Shown here one piece after another: positions 1 through 13,400 of a DNA stretch of 64,000 nucleotides; the first letter of the stretch is position 1; every line of letters begins with the position of its first letter. Both the position numbers and the translations under genes were made by a program. The notes beneath the pieces were generated by a model. The model was not told the origin of the DNA. It saw only the letters and a program-made list of their open reading frames with translations, and did not search any database. Origin of the DNA: Owenia fusiformis (Eukaryota); contig CAIIXF020000001.1 of NCBI GenBank assembly GCA_903813345.2, positions 43,710,001 through 43,774,000 on the forward strand, written 5' to 3'.

Positions 1-2204
1 TGTACATCACTACAAGTGATAAAGGCCTCACAATCTCAGGTAAGATCTTGTATGATTATACAAATAAACATGTAATATGTCTCATATAGTATGACTCAGT
101 ATTGGTTTCAATATTAGATAATAAAATTGAGGTATGCATAATGGCATAGTTTGTGAACGATTTCAATGTTGTATTTCATATGCAATCCATTGTAATAAAT
201 TCCATGGATATAAATGTATCGCTTCAACTCTGAAATGCTGAATGATGGTCTTCTTAAATTTCTTTTAGTTCTAGTAGACTGCAATAATTATTATATAAGT
301 TGTGTCATACTTGCAGGCTCTGACAAGATCTACAACTATGAAGATGTTTTGAGACTTGTCCACTATGCTAACATCAAGCCCAAGAACTACAACACTAAGA
401 CATTCTCCCTGAAGTGCACAGAACAAGATGGAAGATTCCAGAGCAATGAATTCAAAGTAAAAGTAAGTGCACAAACACTTTGATATGTCAATCTTGTTGT
501 ATCAAATGATTTTGAAGATAAGGGTAACTCACTGATGATTAATCAGAATCAGATGGAAATAAGCTCAATTGAAGGAATATTGTCTCTATTATTGGACATA
601 ATTGATCAAAAATTTGTTTCTTGTAAGTCTTAGTCAAGGCAACCCATGTGTTCATTTAGCTTCATTACAATGGAAATCAACGAGACTTGGTTTATTTGAA
701 AACTGATCGATTGTAGACATTTTTCCTTTATAGTGAGGATTCATTAATATATAAGTTGATGTGACTTGGTGCATTTGAAAATTGTTCTTTGTAGAGTGTG
801 TTCCATCAGCAGATTTTACTGTGTATTAAATTGTTGTGTATTTCCAGGTGAACATCATTCACCAGTCGCATGAGCCAAATGCTGCAGAGCATGTGAAGTC
901 CAACTCCATTCACCATGATGTGGAGAAGAAGCTAGTACCCTTCAAGAACAAGGAATTGAATTTGGAAAGAGCTGAGGGTGGAACACATAATGCAGCCACT
1001 GCTGCTGCTGGAGGCGCAAGTATGTAATCTCTAAATCACTTGCATAGCTACACTTTTCTCATACTCAAGCAATGAATATTAGACTTAAAAGTGACATTTG
1101 ATTCAAGATTATATTCAGTATAGCAGTACTATGTTTACATATGGAACTGCACAGAAAATATTGGATGTACCAAATCAGTTATTATTTTCTAATAGTCAGA
1201 CAATTCAGTGGACAGAACTTAAAATTACCAATTCATGTCTCATAATGTCAATATAGCTATTGTTGTCTGTAGCATACAAGTTGAGTTAAGTTGATATAGG
1301 ATGTACAATACATTGTATTTGACATGTGATCTGTTTTTCCTTGCAGGTGCTGGGATGACAGTGATAATTGTTGTCTGTGTTGGATTCTTGGCTTTCATGA
1401 TTATACTTGGTGTGATTCGCATCCGTGCTGCCCACAAGAAGACGCAGATAGTTAAGGTGGAAGAGAACACTGAGATGGAGTGGGATAATTCTGCTCTGAC
1501 TATCACAGTTAACCCTCTAGAGGAGGGGGAAGGATCTAGTGTAAGTACAGCTATAAAGTGTACTTTGAGAGCCCTGCGTGTAACATTTACTATTTGAATG
1601 TATGCTTGAATTTACTAGCAAATCTGATAGCTACAAGCAATGTGATTAATCACTTAATTAAATCTTAAAACAGACATACAGTAAAACCTGTCTTAGTGAA
1701 CACCTCTCTCTAGTGAACACCTGTCCCTAGTGGACACCCTTCCTACGCACATAGTCCACTGACTTCTGTATAAATTACCCTCTCTCTAGTGAACACCTAC
1801 CTACAGTGAACGTTTTTTCTTGGCAAAAAAATGTTCACTATACACAAGTTTTACTGTACATGAAAGGCAACAAAATATACTCATATAAGACTATTTCAAT
1901 GGATTCCAAGTTGAAATCTGTTACATATTTGACATTTGCTGAAAGCTCATTTTCATTGGCCATCACCAAACAACGGAAACAGTTGTACATTGGAATACCC
2001 TTCTTGATTCAAATGTTGTATTCTTGATGATTTTATATTTTTCAGAATCCTTATGAAGCAGAAGAGCTCCAGTTGAGAGGAGATGATAGTGACAGTGATG
2101 ATGATATAAGTAGTTATCATGATGAACTTGAGAGTTCCGAAGATGAGTCAGAAAAAATAAAGGATAGAGAACTAGAGTGGGATGATTCTACATTGTCATT
2201 TTAA
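1..2204 (+). CDS. CLSTN1: Calsyntenin, 3' part (5' end outside window). Exons <1-39, 317-462, 848-1019, 1347-1540, 2046-2204
   Basis: Phase-compatible GT-AG exons give ...GLTISGSDKIYNYEDVLRLVHY...F(K)LKCTEQDGRFQSNEFKVKVNIIH..., a TM helix VIIVVCVGFLAFMIILGVIRIRAAH, and an acidic tail with two kinesin-light-chain W-D motifs (EMEWDNSALTITVNP, ELEWDDSTLSF*). Paralog number is nominal for an invertebrate. Confidence 0.93.
1679..1856. mobile_element. 178-bp Tc1/pogo-type MITE (copy 1)
   Basis: TIRs CAGTAAAACC/GTTTTACTG flanked by TA; near-identical to 12972-13149. Confidence 0.85.
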
Positions 2205-3679
2205 AAATGCTCAGAGACACATTTTACAACAACAACAACAACACACATACAATGTCATGTGTTCTTTATGAAGATTTGTGGAATGAATCTAAGGTTGAAA
2301 ATAGTTCTAAAACTGACGACTTACATCGACAAATCATCAACTTCGAATAAGTTAAGAAAAAATCTCACTAAGAAATTGAGTTCAAGCAAAGGAAACACAA
2401 ATCATGGAGATTAATTAGAAATATAGATGACACTGGATTAATGGGAATTCAATGGAACTGTTACAGCTCTTATACATTGTGTACATTTTCTTATTATATA
2501 ACAGTGTAACAGTGAGACTGATCTTATTTTACAATTTTAAATAGCCTTTGTAAATGTATTGAGAATTTTTTGACCATGTAACATATTTATATTACTATAT
2601 ACATAAGCATAAAATGTTGGTTTTACAGTGTCAATGCTAAAACACACTCGGCATGACATAATAGATGAGAATTTTATGGATAAGGTAATCCATTAAGTAA
2701 GAAGATTGTAAACTTACTGATTGCACTTTCTGCATGGAGAATGTGCAGTGTATTTGTAAATAATAGGCTGGATCTCTATTTATCATGCGCTTATTATTAA
2801 GTTACCACTCACAAGAATCCAATTTATATATTATTGATGTATTTTATTTTTGTTCCATTTAAAGGGTTGCTCCTTAATCTGATAGATTGTAAATGTAACG
2901 TTTTAAAGTCCAACATTACCCCCAGCATTCTATGTAGATGTTAACGCATTTATCATGTTCAATAGAGAGTGTAGATTTATTAAAGTGAAGATCATGGAAG
3001 ACTAGATAGGTAGTATTTGTGTTGGAAGGAGATGCTAAAGTTACACAATGCCTTTCTTCAGGGAAGCGCCAGAGAGTATTATAGTGAATTGTGGAACATA
3101 GCCTCCTCTGGGGTGAAAGTGCAATGCTCCATGAGTCGCCACAAGTATTATATCAAGTCAGATCAGAGGAGATCGCAGATACATAATGTATAGAATTAAT
3201 CACCTGTAAATTACAGTTATCATGGGTGGCTGTGTTTATTTAAAACAATCCTTTATAATTATATGAAAGTTCTACAAGAACACCAAATAACTTACTTCCC
3301 TGTATTTTGCACTTGATCTTGGTGATAGTTCCACAACTTCTCAAGAGATTGAGACTAGTTGGGTGTGCGTAGTGTTGGAACACATGGTCTTCTCTTATCC
3401 AAGACAGGGTACTAAATCTATATTGTTTGAAAATTAACAGATTGTTATTACTTCTGTCTTAATATCATCTAATGAGAAACAAAGAATATCTGTGTACAGG
3501 GTGAGGCAGCATCAGTTCAAATGCAAAATGCTGAGAAATTTTAGTTAGTGTACAGTATGTGTATAGTATGTATTAACATCACATAAATATTAAATAAATG
3601 AATGACTTGAAATATACCAAGTTGACACCTGACCTCATTTTAAAAACTACAAACCCAAGAAATCATATTTCCAGTCAGT

Positions 3680-3750
3680 CATTCAATTGTGATGCATCAA
3701 TTGTGATGCATTCAATTGTGACGCATTCAATTGTGACACATTCAATTGTT
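3680..3750. repeat. ~15-bp minisatellite (CATTCAATTGTGAYG) x~5
   Basis: Tandem copies read directly; lies downstream of the calsyntenin stop codon (probable 3' UTR). Confidence 0.85.
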
Positions 3751-4984
3751 TCTTATTGTGTATACTGAAGAATTGTTCATCTTGTTAATATTTAATTAGA
3801 CATTCCAACATGGCTTGCTGTTTCTTTATTTTTTATTTATGTGCAGTAAAATATTTCCTATCACCACAGCTAGGTTAGATAAATTAAAGCAAGTTTGCCA
3901 AATTTGCAATGTGCTGGTCTTTCCTCAATTCTTGCTACATAGACAGCATTGTTCATTAAGAAAGGAGTTCTTCATTGTAGCTTAGATTTGATGCAGGACT
4001 ACTGTATGCCAGTTCCTCTTAAAGAAAATATGAAGGACTTATGAACAATACAAGGATTTGAGTCTATTCAAATATTGGCAAAAGAGATAATAAGTGTCGA
4101 TAGTACAATGACCTAGATTGATGCACATTGTGTATATTTTTTGTATTTACTTCTTGGAATGTCTGATTACATTACTCGATGGCAACATGTTATGGTAAAA
4201 AATAGAAAACATTTTTGGACATCCTTTCAAGTCGATAACTTCAGAAGTATTTGCGAATTGACTGTATTCATGCACACATTACATGCATTCATACATAAAT
4301 CAATGTTCAACAGTGAAATCCATTTTGATTCGTTAAATTGTTTTAAATTATAAAATATCATACGAGGCAGATGGCAGGTTAAAAATGTACAGGAATTAAA
4401 TAGAACAATATTTGAACAACATAAGTTTATATAGCATTAAGACATGCAAATTCTTTATTGGTAGATACTCTATTGCGGAGATCTACCTTTTCGTCAATAT
4501 GAATTGTAATTGTCTTCCTGAATAAAGTCACATCTTTTTGTCCAAAATATATGTTTTGTTCGATCCTAAATAAATGAGTAGTTTGCACGTGGGACTTTGT
4601 CAAAACTTTCAAAACCCTTGCTAAAGGTATCTCATGTATCTGGTTGATTACACTATGCAGCAAAAATGTATTTTTAAGCATTTTTCAATTACTAAACCTT
4701 GCATATTTATATGTGAAAAGCTCCCAGAGAAAGTCCTTCAAACTGTGCATAGTATGCACGCAGTTTGGATACCGCGCCGTACAGAAGCTATGTTGTACAA
4801 TAGCAACTAATTTCAATTACCTAATAGTTCTACAAAGAGTTCTGTCTGATATATTCACAAAATCACCAGGAAACCAAGATTGATACTATGGAGACATTAA
4901 ATGAATAGAATTTTATTTCTACCAACAATTATTTTGAAGTCTGACTGATGGATGGAAACATGCATAAGGTATATAGATGATAGT

Positions 4985-5311
4985 CCACCCGTATAGCTCA
5001 GCGGTAGCATGTGTACCTCTTACGCAACAGGTCCCGGATTTGATCCCCAGTTCAGGCAAGACTTAATTTGCTTGTTTTCCGTTAAGTACTTCAGGGTGTT
5101 TGACTGAGAGGTCCACAACTCGTACAAAAGGCTGTGGTGTGTACTTGTATGTCTATGTATGGGTGCACATAAAAGAAAACAGGGCTCCTTTGAGGAGGGG
5201 TTTCTGGGTCTATCTTCCAGGCTAATTATGTTAATCATGACTGTATATATACGGGATATACCCAAGAGGTATTGCTCTCCTTCATTGGTAGTAAACAAAA
5301 TACAATACAAT
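4985..5311 (+). mobile_element. tRNA-derived SINE (degenerate)
   Basis: Pol III A box TAGCTCAGCGGTAG and degenerate B box GGATTTGATCCC at tRNA-like spacing; no good acceptor stem; ends in an AAACAAAATACAATACAAT simple-repeat tail. Confidence 0.7.
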
Positions 5312-6442
5312 CAGGTCAATTGTCACTCGACTTCCTTAGTGATTAAAAGTCCCGAACTGCATTCCATAGTAACTACAGCTTTCATGTGATTCTTTGCTTT
5401 ATTTCACAAAACAGCTTGTTAAGGCAAAGATCTTCAGTACCAATTTATTCAGTCCAGTATATTGACCATGTATGCCTATGAACAAGTGGCATTTAAGAAG
5501 CAACTGTCTAAAGCAATATTAAACATGATTCGAAGCCAAACTGGGTTTTGGGTTACTCCTACATTAACTAACAATAAATTATAATTTTACCAAATGAATA
5601 TTTTTCATGAAGGTCTTATGAAGCAAAAGCTGTATAGCTCTCTCCACCCTGCAAATCTTAATACTAAAGACAGAGATGAGGATTGCAATGTCAAATTGGC
5701 AGTTCATGAGATAAGACCCATTCACTGAGAATGTTTTCAGTCATTCTCTCAAATATGTTTATTTGAATATTAAAGCACGAGGAATTCAAACAAGGCCCTT
5801 AACATAATATTCCATCTAGTTTATGGTCACAAAAGTGTAACAATTTACACATTAAAAAAGAGACACAGACAGTAAACCGTGGACACAATAACACAATAAA
5901 ACTGTGCCAACAGCATTTGTCAAAAATCAAGAAATAAATATTTTTCTACACACAAACATTTATTTTCAGTAACAACTGCAAAATCTGCATATGGCACATA
6001 CATGTTATTTTCTGTTAATACAAAAAGCATTATTGGTAAATGGAGCAGTGGTCATGGTTAAATTTTTACATTTACAATGTACATTTAGAGATGAAATACT
6101 TACATTAAATCCATGACATGACATTTTCTGTTCTTATTGCGTGACTTAACAATTACACAATACACAATGGGATGATGTACAAATGCGAACCCAAAATGTT
6201 AGTTAAAATGATGATTCACAACACATATTTGGACAAAATCAATATTTTACTCTGATGGAATTGTAATTCACCCTTACTTCCTCAACAAAAGTAACTGTTG
6301 GACACCACTCCTACCTTACATGATTTAATGTGGTACAAATACCATTTTCACTGGTACTTTCAATTCATTCTATTACTGGACTGGTATTCAGACAAAAATA
6401 CTGCAGCAACACATTTATTTACTCTGCACTCAATTTAAAGTA

Positions 6443-6603
6443 CAGTAAAACCTGTATATGGTGAACCTCTATGGAGCCACAAAAGGTGTTCACTGTAGCT
6501 AAGTGTTTACTACAGAGAGGGGATTTTATACAAGAGTTGATAAAAAATGTGTCTTGAAGTGGTGTTCTGTAAACAGAGGTGTTCACTAAGACAGGTTTTA
6601 CTG
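6443..6603. mobile_element. Diverged member of the CAGTAAAACC MITE family
   Basis: TA-CAGTAAAACCTGT ... ACAGGTTTTACTG-TA termini. Confidence 0.75.
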
Positions 6604-7474
6604 TAATAGAATTTTACATTTTTTTCTTTCTCATATTCATGAGGTTATTTCCCAGATCAGGGATAACTGTGGCAATGCTGCATTATGTTACAACAACACT
6701 CAGGTTCCAACAATCTAGCCTTTTATATACTATACTTTACACTGGAACTGTTGATATTTTATAGTTATTGAAACTCTGAAGGATTTATGTTTCAATACAG
6801 ATATAATTTGACTAAAAAACATATAAGTTGGAAATTCCCGCATACGACTTATGATGTGTAGTTATATGAATAAGGTGTATACCAACTTTTCTCAAAAAAG
6901 ATTCTTTAGGAAAATTCCCCTCTGTTAGGAAGCTATTGATACTGTATATTTGATAGGAAGTAATAATGTTTTTCAAAATTACAATGGATATTTTAATGAC
7001 TTACTTCATCTATAGTATTACAATTTACAAATTAATTAAGAAATATAGACTGAAGACCAGGTGTTATATCGACGAAAACATACTGCAGGGCTAGGCACAA
7101 CCATTTTCTGTAACCAGAATGACCGAAGAGAGTGAGGGGTTCGAAAGCTTTTGTGCCTAGCCCTAAGGTATGTGTTCGTCAATATCTCACCTGCTCTGAG
7201 GTCTATATTACCACGGACTTTAAGGTCCGTGATAGAAGGCATGAATACAGTCATGTTCGAATATCCAATAAACACAATACATAGTTTTGAACAAACGAAC
7301 AATGTTCAAATGAACAATACATGTAAATAGACCGATGAATAGAGGGATGTGTCTCAGCAAATCAGCTTAGAGTATTTTATTGCATTGTGCATGTAACATT
7401 GTCCATAATGACAACTAAGCTGCCAACTAAGCTTTGTATTCAAAAGTAACACAATCTTTGCATCTTATTCAAGT

Positions 7475-10400
7475 TTACTCACTAATCTTGTACTTATTTC
7501 GCTTCTCATGTTTTCTAGCACATGGTAGAACTATTTCTATTAACCCTTTATCAAACTGTTCCACTTCCTGTATAGTCTCTGGTAAAGGACGATTGACAGT
7601 CTCTGGCAGCAGTAGGGTTAATAGACCTGCTGTTATGGATAAGGTTCCAAACACGCACCTTGGCAACCACTCTACGAACTTACCCTACAAACAGGAATAA
7701 ATGTGTTTAAGTCAAGTGTCTCAAAAAGGTGAAGCAAACTTAAATTGGTGAAAAATTAGAGGATAGTATAAGAACATCATTTTTACAGTTTAAATCAAAA
7801 TAATTTATAAACTTAGTACTTTTCTGGAATTTTTTCTGAAAGCATTTCTGTATTTCGGTGATTATTCTGTTTTTACTAAAGTGGAAAATTGCAATATTGA
7901 GACTTATCACATTTATCTGATGTTTCCTAAGTGTAAGTGTATGAGAAAAACAAGAGAGAATGCTACCTTGTATATTATGAAAGAAGCTGACATTCCACCT
8001 ACAGTGTCCCAAAATGCACTAACCCCTATAGCTGTATTCCTGAAATATACCATTTACGATATAATTTGAATTTTAATCTTTTGTTCAGTAGCCTATATTT
8101 AACATTGACTCCTATAAGTGTGTTCCTAAGTTATTGTTTAGAACAAATTCACACATAGCTAGGCAAGGTGTGTCTGATTCAAGCCAATCAGAACAGAATA
8201 TTCACATAATGAACTGTGTGTGAAATATAAATAACACATGCAAGGTCACCAGTTAAACAGTTGTCATGGTGATGAATGGACTTCTCACATTGGATTTGAT
8301 GACTTGCCAACTTGAGCCTTGCGTAAAATGTCATTGAAAATGTGTTCTTTTAGTGATTTTGTTCCTTTTAGATGATTTTGGAGAATTGAAGCCCATTCCA
8401 CTCAGCTTCATTCCACTCAGCCGATGTTTCCTAAACTTTGCATTCCCGCTGCACGTTCATGCAAAGATTTGGAAGCAACACCTTCTTGGTATGATTCAGC
8501 AAACAATGCACTGAGTCCAGGGCTTAAATCCTTAAATTAACTTCCAGGGTTACAAAAACCATATAACATAGTCTTTAAAGTATAAGTAATGCTTGTTCAA
8601 TATCTGGTGGCCATTCACTTACCTTATAGCAGTTGGGAACAATTCAGCAGAGTACAGATAGATGCTACAGAATGATCCTGTGATTCCAAACTTGCCAATC
8701 ATCACTAGAGTTGTAATAAGTGGCCATAGGTCAGTACCATTTGCTGAAAAAAGAGAAATATGTGTTGTTTCATGAATTAAGAATACTACATTTTTCTTTT
8801 CTGGAAGCATGAATAGGCAACAATTCTATAGAATCCTTTTCTCATTTGTCATGTAAATCATGAAAACTATGATATTGAGTAAGTATATAAATATTGAATA
8901 GTAATGGTCATGTCACAAACAGATATGAAATCATAAGAAACTCTCATAATAATAATATTCTAATAGAAATTCTTACCAGTTGTTTTTGGCAAGAACACAG
9001 TTATAATGTTGGCAAGGCCACTTATCAAGTGGAAGGCACAGATACATTTCCTACGGCCAAATCTGCAACAAAAATTGATAATTAGTCTCTGTTTCTGGTA
9101 CCTATATTTGTCGTGTTCCAAAACATTACATATAAGACAAGTTTTCAGGAAGTGAGGTTGAATTATAGTAAACAGCATGAAATCAATGTCATTGATACAT
9201 GCAGGAAAAACAAGCCTAAGTGAGTTAATTGTTGGTTTGTGAAAGATTTACTTTTTAAAATATTCAATTCCAAGATATACATATAACATTATGTTACAAG
9301 ACTTCATTCATGTAAAGTGTATACATATATGAATTCTCATACAAACACAAGGCATAGCATTATGATCAGGATTTCTTCATGTGTCGTGTATATGCTTGAA
9401 TGGACTAACCTCTCCAGTGCAAACATACAAATGATATAAGCAGGCACCTCCACAAGCCCACTGAGGAAGAAGTTGATATACATGTTACCATGCAGAGCAC
9501 TTGAACTCAAAGATATCCCATAATAATCCAAGGCATTCACCATCCTGTATAAAACAAATATTACACTTCACTCATACATTTATGCCATATGAAATTACCA
9601 TATATATTCATATACATGTATATTATTCAAGGTATGTCTACAATAACAGGCAGTTTCTTTAAAATTGTCTTTTAATAATGTGACTCCAAAAACTTCTTCC
9701 TTATTCAAAGGACATTGCAGATTTTCACTTTCATGTGTTTTTCTATAAATACAAAGAATTACTTACCACAAATACCAGACTATCAATGTGTACCTCCTCA
9801 TGATGGGAGTTCTAAACAGATCTAGCATCAACAAAAACCCAGACTTCCTTGGTCGAGTCAGGGAATCAGATCTGTGTTCATCAATTTGGCTCTCCTGTTC
9901 AGTAGGATTACTTGGAGTGTCTACTATAAGTGGAGTGGCAGCATCTCCACTTCCTTTGTCATCCTTTACATTTTCCTTACTCAAGTCAGTATCATTAGCA
10001 CCTGGCTTACTCAGGCCATCACCTATGTCACTTCCAGTTGGATCATCACTTTGAGACAGTTTTATATTCTTATCTAATAATGGCTCAGTACCATTTTGCA
10101 TGTTATCAACATCTATAGGAGCATTACATTCTTCATTGCGAACACGGGGTTTCTGCTCAAAGTTAGTAAGCATAGTTTGAGCCTCTGTGTCTTTCATTTC
10201 AAGAGGTTCATGCTGGGATAGGCAGTTTGGAGGAAGATGGGCCTTGTTCATTTTTGCTGCCCTCTGTAAGATAACTTCAGCTTCTTCTACCCTGTCCTTT
10301 GCAAGTAGCCATCTCATAGACTCTGGCAGTAACCTGGAAAATTAATTCACACAATATCCCAGATGCGAGTAGAAATAATCTTGATTTACGTCATTAAAAA

Positions 10401-13400
10401 TTCATAATTCAGTCAAACTGATGTCATATTTGGAATCTACATGTAAAATTACTTTAGAAATGTGGTTTTGAAAACAGTTTATCAACTTCATTCCCCCGAG
10501 TCAGCCACCTGGTGGCGAAATTGGTAACTACCTACTCGCATCTGAGTTATTGGGAGTGGATGCTAAAAGTGTCTGCCACATGGCTTCAAGGGTTCCTGAT
10601 TTAAGACTCACTCATTTTATGGAGTTGCATTTCTTAAATATGAGGCATTAACATGCAAAATGTCACCACCTGTCATTTGTTACAGATGCTGAACTAAGAA
10701 TGCCAACCGCTGAATGCTGTCCACAAAAAAGTTGAAGACTATAACAATATGTCACCACTTGGTATGAAAAATTTATGATTTCAAAATAGGAGATGAATGA
10801 ACCCTAGGAAAATATTTTATATGCTAAAACATCCTCCATAACTTACCAGTAATAAGAGATCATAAGCAATGTTGGTAGGGATATGACCATCTCCAAGTGG
10901 CGCCAGTTAGGTATGAAATAGCCTAGCAATGCCAGTAACATGTACCCTGCAGCCCAGAACATCTGCAAGGAGATCCCTGGTAGTGTGCGGTGCTTGGGTG
11001 GAAACACCTCTGTCACCAAAACATAGCTGATGATAGCAATACCCTGTAGGATGAACAAGACACATAGTCATAAATAGCACACTTTGAATGGACATCTTGT
11101 AAATTACCCAGCATGCCCAAAGAACTTATCACATTTTGGCATTAGTTTCCCCTTGCACTTGTAAAAGATTTCAGTTAAAAGGATGAAAGGGTTTGTTTCA
11201 AGTCATCCCTATAACCCCATCAGCATAAGTCAAATACAACTAGGAAAACAGCAACTCCAAGGTGTAGCAAATTCCACCGAACAAAACATATTTTGATAAT
11301 AAGTGGCCATCTTGAAAATTTCTTCTTGAGCAGAGCTCCTTCTCACTTGTAAGCAGCATATAAAATTTGATCTAAATCTGTAAACTGGTATTTGGATTAT
11401 CAAAGATCACATTTTAACAACAAATGGCTGCCATTTTGATAAATAGTGGCTATCTTGAAAACATCTTCTTCAGCTCATTTTTCTCTAAGCATCAGCATAT
11501 AAAATTTGAATCAAATCCAATCACTGGTATTTGATTTATCCAAGATAACATTTTTTACAAAAAATGGCAGCCATTTTGAATTTTAGCTGTCATCTTGAAA
11601 ATTTCCTCTTGACAAGATTTCCTTTGTTCCTAGGCATCAGCATATAAAATTTGAACCAAATCCAACTACTGATATTAGAGTTATCAAAGATTATGCTTTT
11701 AACAAAAAATGGCAGCCATTTTGAAATTTAAATGCCATCTTGAAAATACTTCTTGAGCAGAGCTTGTTTGTCCCTAGGCATCAACATATAAAATTTGAAC
11801 CAAATCCCTCAATTGGCACTTGAGTTATCAAAGATTACGCTCTTTTACAAAAATGGTGCCCATTTTGAAATACAGCCGCCATCTTGAAAATTCTTTCTCG
11901 AAAAGAGATACTTTGTCCTTAGGCATCGGCATATAAAATTTGAACCAAATCCGTTCACTGGTATTTCAGCTATCGAAAGTTTTTTTACGAAAAATGGCAA
12001 CCATTTTGGTCATCTTGAAAATCTCTTCTTTAGCAGAGCTCCATTGTCCCTAAGCATCAGAATATAAAATTTGAACCAAATCCATCCATAAGTATTTGAG
12101 TTATCAAAGATTTCGTTTTCACGAAAAATGGCGGCCATTTTGAATTGAGCAGCCATAATGGAATAATGGAAGGATGACTTTCCTATATCCCCCACGGATT
12201 TCTTCGGTGGGATAATAAAGCACTTGCAGTCTGGTAGTTATTATTAACTTTGCTTAATTCTACAGTATACTTTCACTTCTAAATGGACTGCCTGTGTTTG
12301 GGAAATGTTCTCATATCAATAGTTCAACAATCTTTAACTTGGAATTTAAAGTAATGCATTTTCTAAAAGATATTAGGATTTTGGAGCTTTGGGGTCAAAG
12401 TGTGAAAATACTATTTCCCTTCAAGAGATCCCTAACCAAATGTCATAGAAATTTTAACACTCATTTTTGTTTATCATTGTTATTTGTGTATCATATTCTT
12501 TGTTATGGAATGTTAATATTTATTTGTGGCAGTTGTTTTTATGATCCTTGAACTTTACTTAATATTTCATATTCTTAATCTATCATTTTTGGCTTCATCT
12601 CAGTTTCTCATACTTTGATAAACAGTAACTTTTGTCAGTATCACAAGAGAAGAGCATATAACTATTTTCTTATTTACTTCCAGATACGAGTTTATACTTA
12701 TGCTAGATCTATAGAAGTAAATGGGGTTTCTATGTATTCTATAGGATGAGACCTATAACAAAATTTATCGGCAAAATGTATGGCAAAATAAACATGTTTG
12801 GGTATTGCTTTCATCAGAACCTCGTTTATTTTGTGAAGTTGGAATAGGTTTTGAACTTTGAATAACTTTAAAATTTGACTTTGCCTTACAGTACCAATGT
12901 TGAAATAATACTATGTGATGGATGAGTGAGGCTGAACTTAGCCATAGCAATAATCCCTCAGATCCAATGTACAGTAAAACCTGTCTTAATGAACACCTCT
13001 CTCTAGTGAACACCTGTCCCTAGTGGACACCCTTCCTACGCACATAGTCCACTGACTTCTGTATAAATTACCCTCTCTCTAGTGAACACCTACCTACAGT
13101 GAACATTTTTTCTTGGCAAAAAAATGTTCACTATACACAAGTTTTACTGTACATGCCATTTCTAAAATTTTTGATATTTGAGGGCCACAGCCGTCACCTT
13201 GTTTGATTTCCACCTACCAATCACACGTGTAAGGTTTGATTTTTCATTGTATTTACTAAAAAAATCAGACAAGAAATGGTTTGGTATGTACATGGAAATT
13301 CACTTAGGTGGGCGTAGCAAATTGAACAAACCCTTGAGAATTAGAAATGAGCCACTTAGTTGATATGAATACTTACCCTGTTCAATGCTCCAATAAAGAA

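Noticed and set aside
1016..1021. GC-AG donor in calsyntenin
   Set aside because: The canonical GT at 1020 gives the phase required by the next exon.
4985..5060. Functional tRNA gene
   Set aside because: The B box is degenerate, the acceptor stem does not pair, and a SINE-like body and tail follow.
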